From: a virus
Lineage: Duplodnaviria; Caudoviricetes
Virus record (IMG/VR): IMGVR_UViG_3300033067_001501
Coordinates: 1 to 25,730 of that record
Length of the DNA stretch: 25,730 bases
Reading direction: 5' to 3' (one strand)
The position numbers and the translations under genes are program-made. The stretch's first letter is position 1, and each line of letters begins with the position of its first letter. Shown here one piece after another: positions 13,618-22,964 of the stretch. The notes under the pieces are model-generated. The model was not told where the DNA came from, did not search any database, and saw only the letters and a list, made by a program, of their open reading frames with translations.

Positions 13618-15034
13618 TTTTTGATGCGTCGAGCATCATTGCCGCCGCCTCTCGCAACGCCTTGCTGTGTGGCGTTTCAGCAGATGGCGCAACCATCGGA
13701 ACGCCACCCGGCCCCATCGGGGCAAGAGTAGGTTGCTCCAGCGCTGCCGCTCGCTGTTCCATAAGCGCTGCGGCTGCCTGTCCTGGTGTCTGTCGCATCA
13801 ACTCTGTGCGAACGTCGTAGGACATCCCGGCAATCCATTTCCGCAGCCGTCCACCGCCGGTCTCGTCGGTCATCTTGATAACGGCTTCACGCCCGACAGA
13901 TGCTGACGCAGCGCCAAAGTTTGCGCCTGACAGTCGATCAACAGCCGCAGTGGCTTCCTGTGCCTTGCGTGCGTTCTGGATTGCTGGCAAAGCGTCAACC
14001 TGGCGAATTGTGTCGGTATACAACTGCTCCGCCGCTGCCCCGCCCACAATCGCTCTCTTCGCGCTGTCGTATGCCCGCCGCTCCGGCGTGCCAGCGTCCG
14101 CCGACAACAGCCCGCGAACAGCCGGAATCGCAGCCACCTCGAAAGACGATTCCTTGAGGAACTTCTGCGCCATGGCCTGATTGGACTGTAACGCCTGGAT
14201 CCGCTCGTCGGTCGTCGCCAACTTCGGCAGGAACGTTTCCAACTGCTTGGCGAGGTTGAGAGACGAACTCTTCGACGTAGCCCCGGTCGTATCGACCATC
14301 GACCCGGAGAACATCGAGAACAGCGCCCCGGCTTCCTCTTTCGACCCGCCAAACTTCGTCAGCCCGGCAATTGCTGGCGTGGCGTTCTCTGCCATGAACC
14401 TCAGCGACGTAACGCGAGACGTGGCCCCGACGCTTTGCAGGTAACCGATATTCGATGCTGCCGACCCACCCAGTGACTTTTGCAAGTCCATCGTCGCCGC
14501 CGTTAGGGTCCGCAGCCCCTCGGCATCATCCGGCAGAATCTTCGCCGCCGTCTCAATGGCGGTCATCGTCGATTCAATCGAGCTATCGCCGCGTGCGGAC
14601 AGCGCATCCCCGGCCACTCGCGTCAGTGTCGTTTCGTTGACACCGGCCCGCTTGCTCATGTCCGTAATCGTCTTGACGAGCTTGTCCGCGTTCCAGTTCG
14701 GATCAACACCCAGGTTCAGCACTGCCGACCGCTGTGCCTGCGATAGCGTCGTTTGCGTCTGTAGTGCTCGGTCCTGCCGCTGCTTGATCGCGTCGTATTC
14801 CTTCGAGATCAGCCCCAACGCACCCTGAACACTGACCAGCCCCGTCACCATCTGCGCTGCGCCAGACACGGCACCGGAAAACATGCTCTCTTGTTTCTTC
14901 TGCGCGTTCGCCAGCTTTTCTTCCATCTGCCCAATACGCCCGATGACCGCATTGATCGCGTTCTGCTGACGATCCCACGCCGCTTTCGCGCCGGAGTCAT
15001 CGTTCGTCATCACGAAGGCGACTTCGTTGCTCAT
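13517..15034 (-). CDS. tail tape-measure protein, 505 aa
   Basis: Ala-rich and helical; follows the chaperone; begins MSNEVAFVMTNDDSGA. Confidence 0.75.
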   Translation of the reverse strand: MSNEVAFVMTNDDSGAKAAWDRQQNAINAVIGRIGQMEEKLANAQKKQESMFSGAVSGAAQMVTGLVSVQGALGLISKEYDAIKQRQDRALQTQTTLSQAQRSAVLNLGVDPNWNADKLVKTITDMSKRAGVNETTLTRVAGDALSARGDSSIESTMTAIETAAKILPDDAEGLRTLTAATMDLQKSLGGSAASNIGYLQSVGATSRVTSLRFMAENATPAIAGLTKFGGSKEEAGALFSMFSGSMVDTTGATSKSSSLNLAKQLETFLPKLATTDERIQALQSNQAMAQKFLKESSFEVAAIPAVRGLLSADAGTPERRAYDSAKRAIVGGAAAEQLYTDTIRQVDALPAIQNARKAQEATAAVDRLSGANFGAASASVGREAVIKMTDETGGGRLRKWIAGMSYDVRTELMRQTPGQAAAALMEQRAAALEQPTLAPMGPGGVPMVAPSAETPHSKALREAAAMMLDASKTMKAAVEKPLTVEPKKMHVPRIPVSAAAGTGGR

Positions 15035-15138
15035 ATCCAGCCCGCCAGATACAGGTCACCAATCGTCGGCTTAAACTTCGGCAACAGTCCCCGCGTCCAC
15101 ATGCGCACCCGCAGCAGCCGAGGGGTTACGACTCCCCC
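15031..15138 (-). CDS. -1 frame extension of the tail assembly chaperone (G-T-like product)
   Basis: TC-GGGGG-AG just before the chaperone stop; -1 frame reads GGVVTPRLLRVRMWTRGLLPKFKPTIGDLYLAGWI* and ends in an ATGA overlap with the tape measure. Confidence 0.65.
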   Translation of the reverse strand, partial: GGVVTPRLLRVRMWTRGLLPKFKPTIGDLYLAGWI

Positions 15139-15791
15139 GACATGATCTCTTGCCTCAGTGCGAGAAGCCGCTTTCCATCGACCGTCGCCGCCATGGCACC
15201 GAGCCAGCAATCCGAATCAAGCAGCCCGAGCGAATAGACCATCTCCGGCATCAGCCTGTAGTTGACGCACAGCATCTCAGCGACATACCTGCGAGCGTCC
15301 TGGCCGAGCACTTCGCCCCGCATGGATCGACCGAGGCAATCAAGCGCCCATCCCGCCCGTTCTTCGATGTGCTGCCACTCGTCACGGGTTCGCTTGATCT
15401 CATTGCCGTCCGCGTCAATATCGAATACCGCCGGCAGCCCCATGACGTTCGGAAGCACCCATTCGTTTCCGTCACCGAGCTTGATCGGATGACCGTTGAT
15501 ACTGACGGGGCGAGCGAGCGAATCCGGAGTCGGTCGCCTGTCGTTCTGGAAGCCGAACCAGTATCCCCCCGGCATTTTCCGCCACGTCTGCCGCGATGGG
15601 TCGTAGACCAACGCGACGTTGCTGGCAGGGTTCCGGGCGTCGCCCCAGGCACAGAACAACCCCGGATGGTCTCCCGGTGTCACAGGCGAATCAAACCACA
15701 GCTCCCCCCCGGCGACACTACTGAGCCCCGCCGCCTGCAGGGCCGTCGCTCGGTTTGTCTGACTCGGGAGAAACAGGAGGTAGCTGTTCAT
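15126..15791 (-). CDS. putative tail assembly chaperone, 221 aa
   Basis: Lies between tail tube and tape measure; probable start MNSYLLF at 15791; ends in a G-run (..MSGES*). Confidence 0.6.
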   Translation of the reverse strand: MNSYLLFLPSQTNRATALQAAGLSSVAGGELWFDSPVTPGDHPGLFCAWGDARNPASNVALVYDPSRQTWRKMPGGYWFGFQNDRRPTPDSLARPVSINGHPIKLGDGNEWVLPNVMGLPAVFDIDADGNEIKRTRDEWQHIEERAGWALDCLGRSMRGEVLGQDARRYVAEMLCVNYRLMPEMVYSLGLLDSDCWLGAMAATVDGKRLLALRQEIMSGES

Positions 15792-15888
15792 GCGTAGTTT
15801 CCGGTGGTTTCGTTCGGCCGCCAAAGTCAGTTGGCACTGCCAGTTCGTCGAGTTCGTGCGGTTGTGGCTTTTTCTGATCGTCCGACAT
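15718..15888 (-). CDS. 56-aa Pro/acidic disordered protein
   Basis: MSDDQKKPQPHELDELAVPTDFGGRTKPPETTHEQLPPVSPESDKPSDGPAGGGAQ*; AAGGGA SD directly after the tube stop; below the ORF-track cut-off. Confidence 0.5.
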   Translation of the reverse strand: MSDDQKKPQPHELDELAVPTDFGGRTKPPETTHEQLPPVSPESDKPSDGPAGGGAQ

Positions 15889-15897
15889 GCGGTCCCT

Positions 15898-16818
15898 TTA
15901 CGAAATTGCGGTGCCCGTGCTGAAGCTCAGAGGGCCATGGATCTGCGCCCGGAAGATCGATGTCACGTCCCCCTGCCCGGTTACGCTGTGACTGACGAAG
16001 TTCCAGGAGCCAGCGGTAGACGAGAAAGAGACGTGCTGTGTGGTCGCGAACGCAACACGGCCGCCGCCGCCAGAGACTTTTTGCAGGTACACCACCACGC
16101 CAGATCCCGACAGCGCCGAGATGAAAGGATTGAGCGTGTTACCGATAGCGGGATTGATCACCTCAACTTCGATCGTCGGTTCACGTTTCTCGATGCTGCA
16201 TTGAGTGTGAAACAAGGCGCCGTCAGAACGAGTGCCACCAGACACCATGTTTCCGCAGTTGATGGTCACCCTCTGGACGCCCACGACCTGCGACCCGTTC
16301 GCGTAGACTGGCCCCAGCGCCAGCCGCGAGTTGATCGCAGGCGAACCTGCCAGACTCTGGCTGGTGTTCTGCACAACCGGTGAGGTGTATCCGGGATTTG
16401 CGCCGCCACTGAGCGGGAACAACTCCAGCGTGCCTTCGGCACCGTCAGGAGCGTCCTGCGTCGCTGTGATCGACGTCCAGTACAGGAATCCGTCAGTTCC
16501 GTTCAACGTTGTGTGCGAGCCCGTACCGGCAAACCTGCCGCCGTTGAGTCGCTTCTGGAACTGGACTTCCCATGCCCCCGCGGCAACGGACTGTCCAGTC
16601 GCGGCGCTGCATGTCGCCAGAATGGTCTGAATGTCTCCCGTCGTGAACGTGATTTTCGGATCCGCGAAGTTCATAGCCGACAGTGCGATGTCGGTCGACC
16701 CGCCAGCGATAGCAAGCATGTTCGAGACAGCGCTGTTGTAGCTGACAGACCGGACGTCATTGATCGTGGTCGTATCGAAGGACGACGGGTAGCTACCGTG
16801 GCGAAGTGGCGTTGTCAT
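15898..16818 (-). CDS. major tail (tube) protein, 306 aa, two homologous halves
   Basis: Position; S/T/G-rich beta composition; internal similarity between halves; AGGGGG SD. Confidence 0.75.
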   Translation of the reverse strand: MTTPLRHGSYPSSFDTTTINDVRSVSYNSAVSNMLAIAGGSTDIALSAMNFADPKITFTTGDIQTILATCSAATGQSVAAGAWEVQFQKRLNGGRFAGTGSHTTLNGTDGFLYWTSITATQDAPDGAEGTLELFPLSGGANPGYTSPVVQNTSQSLAGSPAINSRLALGPVYANGSQVVGVQRVTINCGNMVSGGTRSDGALFHTQCSIEKREPTIEVEVINPAIGNTLNPFISALSGSGVVVYLQKVSGGGGRVAFATTQHVSFSSTAGSWNFVSHSVTGQGDVTSIFRAQIHGPLSFSTGTAIS

Positions 16819-16821
16819 CAG

Positions 16822-17349
16822 TTACCCCCTGGCTCGTTTGCGAACTCGGCCACCGGCCGCGATTTGTCTGTTTACGTTCCGCGCGTACTGCGTCTGGATC
16901 ACGCTCACCAGAGCCTCCTGTTCCCCTTCGGTGATCGCTTCGAGTTCGGCCACACGTCGCATCATCTGGACCTGTGATTGGATTTGCCGAAACGACATTC
17001 CCCGCCGAACATAGAACCGACCGGACCCGCCTGAGAGGCTGAATCGCATAGAGAGACGCGCACCCTTTGGTGTCGCTCGAATGGTTCGCGAAGCAAGGAT
17101 TTCTCGTCTCGTGTTGCCCGTGAAGACGTTGGGCAATTGGTGGCTCTTTTCCCGTTGCTTCCTCTTTCGATATCGGGCTGACCGTTGGTCGTATCGGTAC
17201 TTGCCATAACCAACCATTTTGAAGTGGTCGGGCATGTGCTTTTTGTGCTGGAATGCTGCGGCCGCTTCGTGCGCCGCCCGCAACGCGCGGTTGTGCTCGC
17301 GAACAAAGATTCGCGGATCGGGCGCGACGATGGTGCATTTGATCTTCAT
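16822..17349 (-). CDS. basic neck / tail-completion protein, 175 aa
   Basis: Very Arg/Lys-rich with Y..RK.R....PNVFTG.TR motif typical of virion morphogenesis proteins; TGATG overlap gives start 17349. Confidence 0.6.
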   Translation of the reverse strand: MKIKCTIVAPDPRIFVREHNRALRAAHEAAAAFQHKKHMPDHFKMVGYGKYRYDQRSARYRKRKQREKSHQLPNVFTGNTRREILASRTIRATPKGARLSMRFSLSGGSGRFYVRRGMSFRQIQSQVQMMRRVAELEAITEGEQEALVSVIQTQYARNVNRQIAAGGRVRKRARG

Positions 17350-17840
17350 CAGACCCACCGACACAAAATCGACCAACTACAATACGGTTCTGCCGGGTCG
17401 CCATTCTGTTTGGGAACGATTTCCGGCCGACCCAGCTTCGACATACCAGCGAGGTTCCAGTAGTTCTCGCTGCCATTTGCCTTGTTGCTGTTTTCCACCA
17501 TCTCGTCGTAGATCGTGTCGCAGTCCTGGGCGAACGCGAGCCACAACTGTTTGTCGTCTGTTGCCGAGGAGTAGTAGGAAGCGGGCACTTCCACTGTCAT
17601 CACGAGCGATCCCGACGCGGATCGCCGAACTTCTTCCTCAAACTCCGTCCCCTCGCCGTCGTCGATGATGCCCCAGGGGCGATCATCGAGCGGGGCTTCG
17701 GCAGTGCCGAGCAACGGATACGGAAAGTGAATGTAGTCAAGGGCCGCTGACTCGCTCGCAGCCCCAACAATCGTGCGGAACTTCGCGGACGAAGCCAGCA
17801 GACCGGCAAGGCCTTGATGCGAGTTGACGATCCAGCCCAT
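17349..17840 (-). CDS. acidic neck protein (tail terminator-like), ~163 aa
   Basis: Size, acidity and position in the neck module. Confidence 0.5.
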   Translation of the reverse strand: MGWIVNSHQGLAGLLASSAKFRTIVGAASESAALDYIHFPYPLLGTAEAPLDDRPWGIIDDGEGTEFEEEVRRSASGSLVMTVEVPASYYSSATDDKQLWLAFAQDCDTIYDEMVENSNKANGSENYWNLAGMSKLGRPEIVPKQNGDPAEPYCSWSILCRWV

Positions 17841-17842
17841 CA

Positions 17843-18202
17843 CTACCTCGCGGTTCGACGCTGCTTCATCTGGTCCGTTCTACGGACGGTGACGACACGG
17901 ATTCCGTCGCGACCAGGTGGACAACCGATCGTTTCCCACCGCTCCCCATCAATGACCCACTGGTCGTCGTAGGTCACCGCCTGGGACTCGGCGACTTCCA
18001 AACGCATAGTCCGTTGAACCATGACGCCTGACGCGGTCTCCATCTCAAGGCCGCCATCGCCCATGTCGTCGATGATCGCGACAACGGACACTCCGGAACC
18101 TTCACCGCCAGGCAGGCGACTCACCGTTCTGGCGAAATCATTTGTGTTCAGAAATACCGCTGTCGCGTCAGAAACAAGGTCATCCGCCAGTGTTCTGGGC
18201 AT
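17843..18202 (-). CDS. head-tail joining / head-closure protein (lambda FII-like), 119 aa
   Basis: AVFLNTNDFARTV...DQWVIDGERWET pattern; AAGGTGG SD; the 177-aa call is over-extended. Confidence 0.7.
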   Translation of the reverse strand: MPRTLADDLVSDATAVFLNTNDFARTVSRLPGGEGSGVSVVAIIDDMGDGGLEMETASGVMVQRTMRLEVAESQAVTYDDQWVIDGERWETIGCPPGRDGIRVVTVRRTDQMKQRRTAR

Positions 18203-18503
18203 CATCCACCTTCGACGGAGCTGGCGCCGGGGCCTTCTTCGACGGAGTCGGCGCCGGTGGCAGCGGTGGGGCGACTTCAGCCGGTTCAACATCACCGTCG
18301 ATAATGCGAATCTTTCCGTTGGCCTCGATCTCGACTGGCAAAAGCGATACGCCGAGGTCCGCCCCGATCGCTTCAATCTCCTTTTTGGTCAGCTCGACCG
18401 GTTCACCCGGAGTGAACACGATCTGCTTGGATTCACCTTTCCCGGTCTGAATGGTCCGGCGAAAATTTCCGGGCCAAGTCCTGCGCAGCATGACGAACGG
18501 CAT
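18180..18503 (-). CDS. small protein downstream of the capsid gene with Pro-rich tail, 107 aa
   Basis: GAGGAG SD; typical post-capsid accessory gene position. Confidence 0.7.
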   Translation of the reverse strand: MPFVMLRRTWPGNFRRTIQTGKGESKQIVFTPGEPVELTKKEIEAIGADLGVSLLPVEIEANGKIRIIDGDVEPAEVAPPLPPAPTPSKKAPAPAPSKVDDAQNTGG

Positions 18504-18528
18504 CGAACAAGCTCCTCGTGTATGGAAT

Positions 18529-18558
18529 CCGCGGCCCCGCCTTTCGACAGGGCCGCGG
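18529..18558 (-). terminator. GC-rich hairpin after the capsid gene (weak terminator or mRNA stabiliser)
   Basis: CCGCGGCCC 18529-18537 / GGGCCGCGG 18550-18558; poor U tract. Confidence 0.5.
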
Positions 18559-18582
18559 TATCAAACCAACTGCGAATAACCG

Positions 18583-19500
18583 TTAGTTGAAGGTCGTCTG
18601 GACAGCGTTCCACCACGCGCCGTAGCCGACGGCGTAGCGGGCGTCGCACATGAACGTGATTTGCTTCTCCTGACGGTCGTCCATCCCCTTCCACTGCGAA
18701 GCGAGCGCACGGCGCGGCTGGAAGATGAAAGGCTTGATCGACGCGCCGGTGTAGAACGTGTAGAACTTCACGCCAGAGGTCAGATAGGGCGAGCAGATGA
18801 TGTTCGGCATGTCGACAATGACGTTCGATGTGCTGCTGATGATCGTCGCCCCAAAAGCCTGGTAGGCCACGCCTCGCAGAGCGGTTGGAACCACGATGGT
18901 CAGGTCGGACAAGCGTCCGACGGTCGGAGGATAGAACGGCTGTCCGCGGTCATCCTTAAACCCGAGCATGGCGACGACGGACGCATCAAACGCCGCCTTG
19001 AACTCCAGCGCTGTCACCGCCGTATGACTGGCCGCGTCGTAGGTCAGTGCATTGGACTGCGTCCCCGAGTCGCCCCAGGAGTGGTCCGTATCGAAGAAAT
19101 ACTGACCGTCAAAGCACGCCGTGGACGCGCCGGCAACCATGACACTCAGCATGAGTTCGTCGGGGTGCTGAGCCGCACGAAGACCGAGGTCGCTGAACTG
19201 GTGCTCGTAGAGCCCCAGTCGGTCATCCTCGAAATCCGTCTTTTCGATCTCGATCGTCGACTCGAACAGCTTGTTGGTCAGCGTGTACTTGCTGGCGCGC
19301 AACGTCTTCGACTGACGACCGGCAACCCATTCCCGCATTTGCGGGACGGCCCCCAGCATCCCGTATTCCTCATCCTTCCCGTTGCTCGGCATGATCATGC
19401 AAAGCGAGGGGTAGGCGATCGGAGCCGAGTTGAACGACTGAATCAGCCGCTTGGTGAGGCTGCGAGTCGTCACGATCGCAGCAGCAGAATCAACCGCCAT
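18583..19500 (-). CDS. major capsid protein, Mu gpT-like family, 305 aa
   Basis: YGMLGAVPQMREWV.GR, NKLFESTIEI...FEDDRLG.Y, CFDGQYFFDTDH, KPFIFQ.R and DARY.VGYG.W are hallmark Mu-like gpT motifs. Confidence 0.92.
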   Translation of the reverse strand: MAVDSAAAIVTTRSLTKRLIQSFNSAPIAYPSLCMIMPSNGKDEEYGMLGAVPQMREWVAGRQSKTLRASKYTLTNKLFESTIEIEKTDFEDDRLGLYEHQFSDLGLRAAQHPDELMLSVMVAGASTACFDGQYFFDTDHSWGDSGTQSNALTYDAASHTAVTALEFKAAFDASVVAMLGFKDDRGQPFYPPTVGRLSDLTIVVPTALRGVAYQAFGATIISSTSNVIVDMPNIICSPYLTSGVKFYTFYTGASIKPFIFQPRRALASQWKGMDDRQEKQITFMCDARYAVGYGAWWNAVQTTFN

Positions 19501-19564
19501 CTTTATCTCCCTGTGAAGGTGTGTCCTGTGCGCGATGCGCGATGGGTGTCAGACTAAGTCAGGA

Positions 19565-19966
19565 TTAAATGTGCCGAAGGTTGACGAGGATCTTTGTCGC
19601 GCTCACGTAGCCGACGCACGTCCCAACCAGCGAGTTATTGGTGCTGGTCGTCGTCAGCGTGTAGTTGTCCGTCGCGTACACCGACTCGCCAACGGTCGTT
19701 TGCGCGAAGCTGGATCCTTCCAGCTCGAAGATTCCTTCCGAATGCGCCTCCACGCTGATATCCCCAGCGGACCCGGCGGAGTTATCGGCGTTCGCAATCG
19801 CAATCCCGACGAACACGTTCGCGCCCGCCGCGATAACGTTCGTCGCATAGCCCGCCGTCGTGACGAACACGAGCGAACCTTCCGGGATAGAGACCGACGC
19901 GGCGACGGGGACGCTGACCCGGTCGTCGCACTGCTTACGAATGACCTGCGCGGTCGTCACTGCCAT
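19565..19966 (-). CDS. capsid decoration / cement protein, 133 aa
   Basis: PVAA...I.EG.LV.....GYA, FVGIA...ADNSAG..GD..V, VGESVYATDN.T; located between protease and capsid genes. Confidence 0.8.
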   Translation of the reverse strand: MAVTTAQVIRKQCDDRVSVPVAASVSIPEGSLVFVTTAGYATNVIAAGANVFVGIAIANADNSAGSAGDISVEAHSEGIFELEGSSFAQTTVGESVYATDNYTLTTTSTNNSLVGTCVGYVSATKILVNLRHI

Positions 19967-20030
19967 TTCTCTGTCCTTTCAATTGAATTTGGACGCCCGA
20001 CAGGGTCGCCTCTGGAACAAACCGGGGCGA

Positions 20031-21104
20031 TTACTTCGTGCGAAACGCAAGGCCGTTTGCCTCGAACGCGATGGCCGCCCTGTAGTCGTCGAACGACATG
20101 CCCGCCTTCGCATACGCCGGGTTCGCATCGAACTCCTTGCGAGCATCCGCGTCTGGGTCGGGCTTCTGATTCTGCTGGCCGTTGTCGCCGACCGGCTTGT
20201 TCGTGGTCGCCATGGCCTTGATGACCGCCGCCTGGGCTTCCTCGATCGTGGCCGCGCCGTCAATCAGGCCCTGCGCTAACTCGGGCGCCTTTGCCAGCAG
20301 GCACGTTGCTGTGATCTTCGACACTCGCTCCCGTTCGGCCGCCGCCGCGGTTTTCGCTGCCTCGGCCTTGACAGCCTCCACATCGACTTTGCTTTCCGCT
20401 TCATCGACTTTGCTTTCCGCTTCACTGGCCACGGGGGCCTCCTTTCTTTCATCGTCGACCCAAGAGGCCATGACGGTTTTTGCCCATTCCGGGGCGTTGT
20501 CGAACTTCCGAGACGCCACCGCGGCGACTCGCGTCTTGTTGGGCGTGACCGAGTCAACCAGACCGAACGCCTGTGCTTCCTCGGCCGTGAACCATGTTTC
20601 CGCGTCCAGCTTGGCCTTGACCGCCGCGACGTCCTGCCCGGTTCTTGCGACATAGACGTCGGCCATTTGGCCGTCGACCTTCTCCAGCGTCGCAGCCGCT
20701 TCCATCAGGTCCGCCGCGTTACCCATGGCAAACGTCCACCCGTTGTGGATCATCACCAGCGAGTTCTGAGACGCGGTGATCTGGTCGCCGCACATGGCGA
20801 CGATCGACGCGGCAGACGCTGCCAGACCGTCGATCACCACTTCCACACGAGCCTTCGACTCCTTCAGGCGGTTGTAAATCGCCATCGCTGTAAAGGCGTC
20901 GCCGCCGGGGGAGTTGATTCGCAATCGAATCAGCGACGGACTTCCAATCTTTGCCAGCTCGTCAGTGATCGTCTTGGAGTTGACGCCGTACTCCGACATT
21001 CCCGTAATCCAGTCGGTCACGATCTCGCCGTACAGCTCGATGTCTGCGGTCTTGCCGTCGGCCGAGGCCTGAACGGTAAACCGGCCGGGTGTCTTGCAGC
21101 TCAC
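20031..21104 (-). CDS. clpP: ClpP-like (S14) prohead protease fused to a scaffold domain, 357 aa
   Basis: INSPGGD, DGLAASAAS (Ser), MIHN (His), ETWFTAEEA..GLVD; C-terminal helical AAERERV..I scaffold. Confidence 0.92.
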   Translation of the reverse strand: MSCKTPGRFTVQASADGKTADIELYGEIVTDWITGMSEYGVNSKTITDELAKIGSPSLIRLRINSPGGDAFTAMAIYNRLKESKARVEVVIDGLAASAASIVAMCGDQITASQNSLVMIHNGWTFAMGNAADLMEAAATLEKVDGQMADVYVARTGQDVAAVKAKLDAETWFTAEEAQAFGLVDSVTPNKTRVAAVASRKFDNAPEWAKTVMASWVDDERKEAPVASEAESKVDEAESKVDVEAVKAEAAKTAAAAERERVSKITATCLLAKAPELAQGLIDGAATIEEAQAAVIKAMATTNKPVGDNGQQNQKPDPDADARKEFDANPAYAKAGMSFDDYRAAIAFEANGLAFRTK

Positions 21105-22681
21105 GCTGTCACCTCCTCTGGTTGCGACTGATCTGCGGGGACCGGCGCAGATTGCGGCGCCGCCACTTCATCTGGGGGTGTGATTCCCCGCTCCGCTTCG
21201 GTCTTTTTCTCGCGTTGACGAGTGGTGGCGACCTGGTCGAAGTCTCGATGCAGTTCCGCACAGGCTTCGGTTTTCGTCATCAGGTTTTCGCGGACGAGCG
21301 TGACTGTCGTGTCGACCTCATCCTTCGGATTGACCGAATACTGCCACGCTGGGGGCGTAGCCGCGTGCTCCTCGAAGTCTTCGACGTAGGCAGCGTAGAC
21401 CCGTGCATCGATCGGAATGTCTCCGACGATGACCATCTCTCGAAACGCGCGACGCCAAATCGGGTCAATCCATTGTTCGGCAATGAGTTTCTGCCCGACA
21501 CGAGTGGATATCTTTGCGCCGTGCAGAATCAACCGCCCGCCCGCAAAGCTCGTCCCCTGCCAGTTTTTAACCAGGAACTCATAGGCAAAGTTCATCGCCC
21601 CCGCGATCCGGCGGTACGTCTGTTCCAGAGCCTGCCCGAATGACGACGAGGGAGTCGGGTTTCCGAAGCTGACTTCCTGATCCGCCCCGAGATATTGGAT
21701 CGTACCGGGCCGCATATCCTGCAGGGGGACGCCGTTGTCAACCGCGGCTCTGGCCCCCTGGGCGGCTCCGTAGGGGGAGCCCCCGGAGCCGGTTTTCACG
21801 AAGGCCGCGTAGCACGCCTCGACCTGCTGCCGGATGATGGCCGCCTCGCGCAGGTCTTTCGCGTCCTTGATCTCCCCCAGCGCCCGAACCATCCACGGGA
21901 GACCGCGAGTCTGCTCGGCAAACCACGGCTCGAAAACGTGCAGAACGCGATCCGCGGGGACCCGGTCGTACTCAACGCTTATATCTTTTTGGTCGTAGGG
22001 GGATGTCTTGCGGATGTGGTACGCGACGATCTGACCGGACTTGTCGTGCTCCACTCCAAGTCGGCAAAGCGGGTCATTGATCCGCCCAGGGGGAGTTTCC
22101 AAACGGTCGACGTCAATGACTTCCAACACGAGCGGGATGTTCTTGTCCGCGCGACCGATATCCGACAGGATCGTCAGCGACTCCCCATCAACTTTGAGTT
22201 GCCGCAGGACGAGTCGTGACAGCATCCAAAACGAAAACTGTCCAGACCGATCAGCTTTCCGCGACCATCGCCTAAAGCCCTTTTCCGCAGCCTTCTGGAT
22301 TTCACGGGCCTGATCCTCGGTAATGACTCCGGGGATTTCTGGGACGAGCGACTGGAGCGAGAATCCGGTTCCAACGATCTGGTCAACGCAGACGTCAACG
22401 GCCCCGCCAACGCAGTCGTTCCGGTAGATTTCCCGAGAACGAACGCGGGTCGTTTCGAGATCCTCTTCCAGGCTGGAGTTGGTCGAGATGCGGACGTCTT
22501 TGTATCGGTTACCGCGAATGCGGTCGGTCTCTGCCGCCTCGAATGCAGATGCCCGAATGCCGTAAACGGACAGCGCCTGCCGCGTCGCGATCCGGCGACC
22601 ACCCCATGACGGGGAAATCGCCAGCGCGATCTGATCGACCGTACGACCGAACTTTTCGGCGATGTTGATCAGGCGACTCAT
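21101..22681 (-). CDS. portal protein, lambda family, 526 aa
   Basis: R.RSR...RN, VGTG, VDGE, LGVE.D..G..VAYHI, RVPADRVLHVF....EQTRGLP, L.PG-like, SF..GR motifs. Confidence 0.93.
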   Translation of the reverse strand: MSRLINIAEKFGRTVDQIALAISPSWGGRRIATRQALSVYGIRASAFEAAETDRIRGNRYKDVRISTNSSLEEDLETTRVRSREIYRNDCVGGAVDVCVDQIVGTGFSLQSLVPEIPGVITEDQAREIQKAAEKGFRRWSRKADRSGQFSFWMLSRLVLRQLKVDGESLTILSDIGRADKNIPLVLEVIDVDRLETPPGRINDPLCRLGVEHDKSGQIVAYHIRKTSPYDQKDISVEYDRVPADRVLHVFEPWFAEQTRGLPWMVRALGEIKDAKDLREAAIIRQQVEACYAAFVKTGSGGSPYGAAQGARAAVDNGVPLQDMRPGTIQYLGADQEVSFGNPTPSSSFGQALEQTYRRIAGAMNFAYEFLVKNWQGTSFAGGRLILHGAKISTRVGQKLIAEQWIDPIWRRAFREMVIVGDIPIDARVYAAYVEDFEEHAATPPAWQYSVNPKDEVDTTVTLVRENLMTKTEACAELHRDFDQVATTRQREKKTEAERGITPPDEVAAPQSAPVPADQSQPEEVTA

Positions 22682-22905
22682 CGGCGGTTGAGCCTCGCGA
22701 AATTTGCGGCAATCCCAGACGCCTGGTTCACACGACCTTCAAGCCATGTGATTTGCTCCCGAACCTCTTTTAGGTTGGCCTGCGTCAACCGCCGTCCAGC
22801 AATCATGTAGTCCTGCCCTGCGACGGAAATCTTCGCGAGGGCCTGCCGGTACAAGTCCAGCAGCTCCTGATCGGTGTACGTGAACTCGGCTTCGTATTTG
22901 GCCAT
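22678..22905 (-). CDS. gpW-like head completion protein, 75 aa
   Basis: Helix, GQDYMIAGRRLTQANL, helix; immediately upstream of the lambda-type portal. Confidence 0.8.
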   Translation of the reverse strand: MAKYEAEFTYTDQELLDLYRQALAKISVAGQDYMIAGRRLTQANLKEVREQITWLEGRVNQASGIAANFARLNRR

Positions 22906-22964
22906 GCGGGAAGGGTGACGCCGAGCCGGGAAACGGCGACCCGCCTTTACCAGATGTCAGGTAG

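Noticed and set aside
19501-19535. ACAGGA/AGGGA motifs upstream of the capsid gene as CsrA sites
   Set aside because: Cannot be distinguished from ordinary SD-like sequence without binding data.
20381-20424. 21-bp tandem duplication (AESKVDE/AESKVDV) in the scaffold linker
   Set aside because: Real, but an ordinary low-complexity linker duplication.
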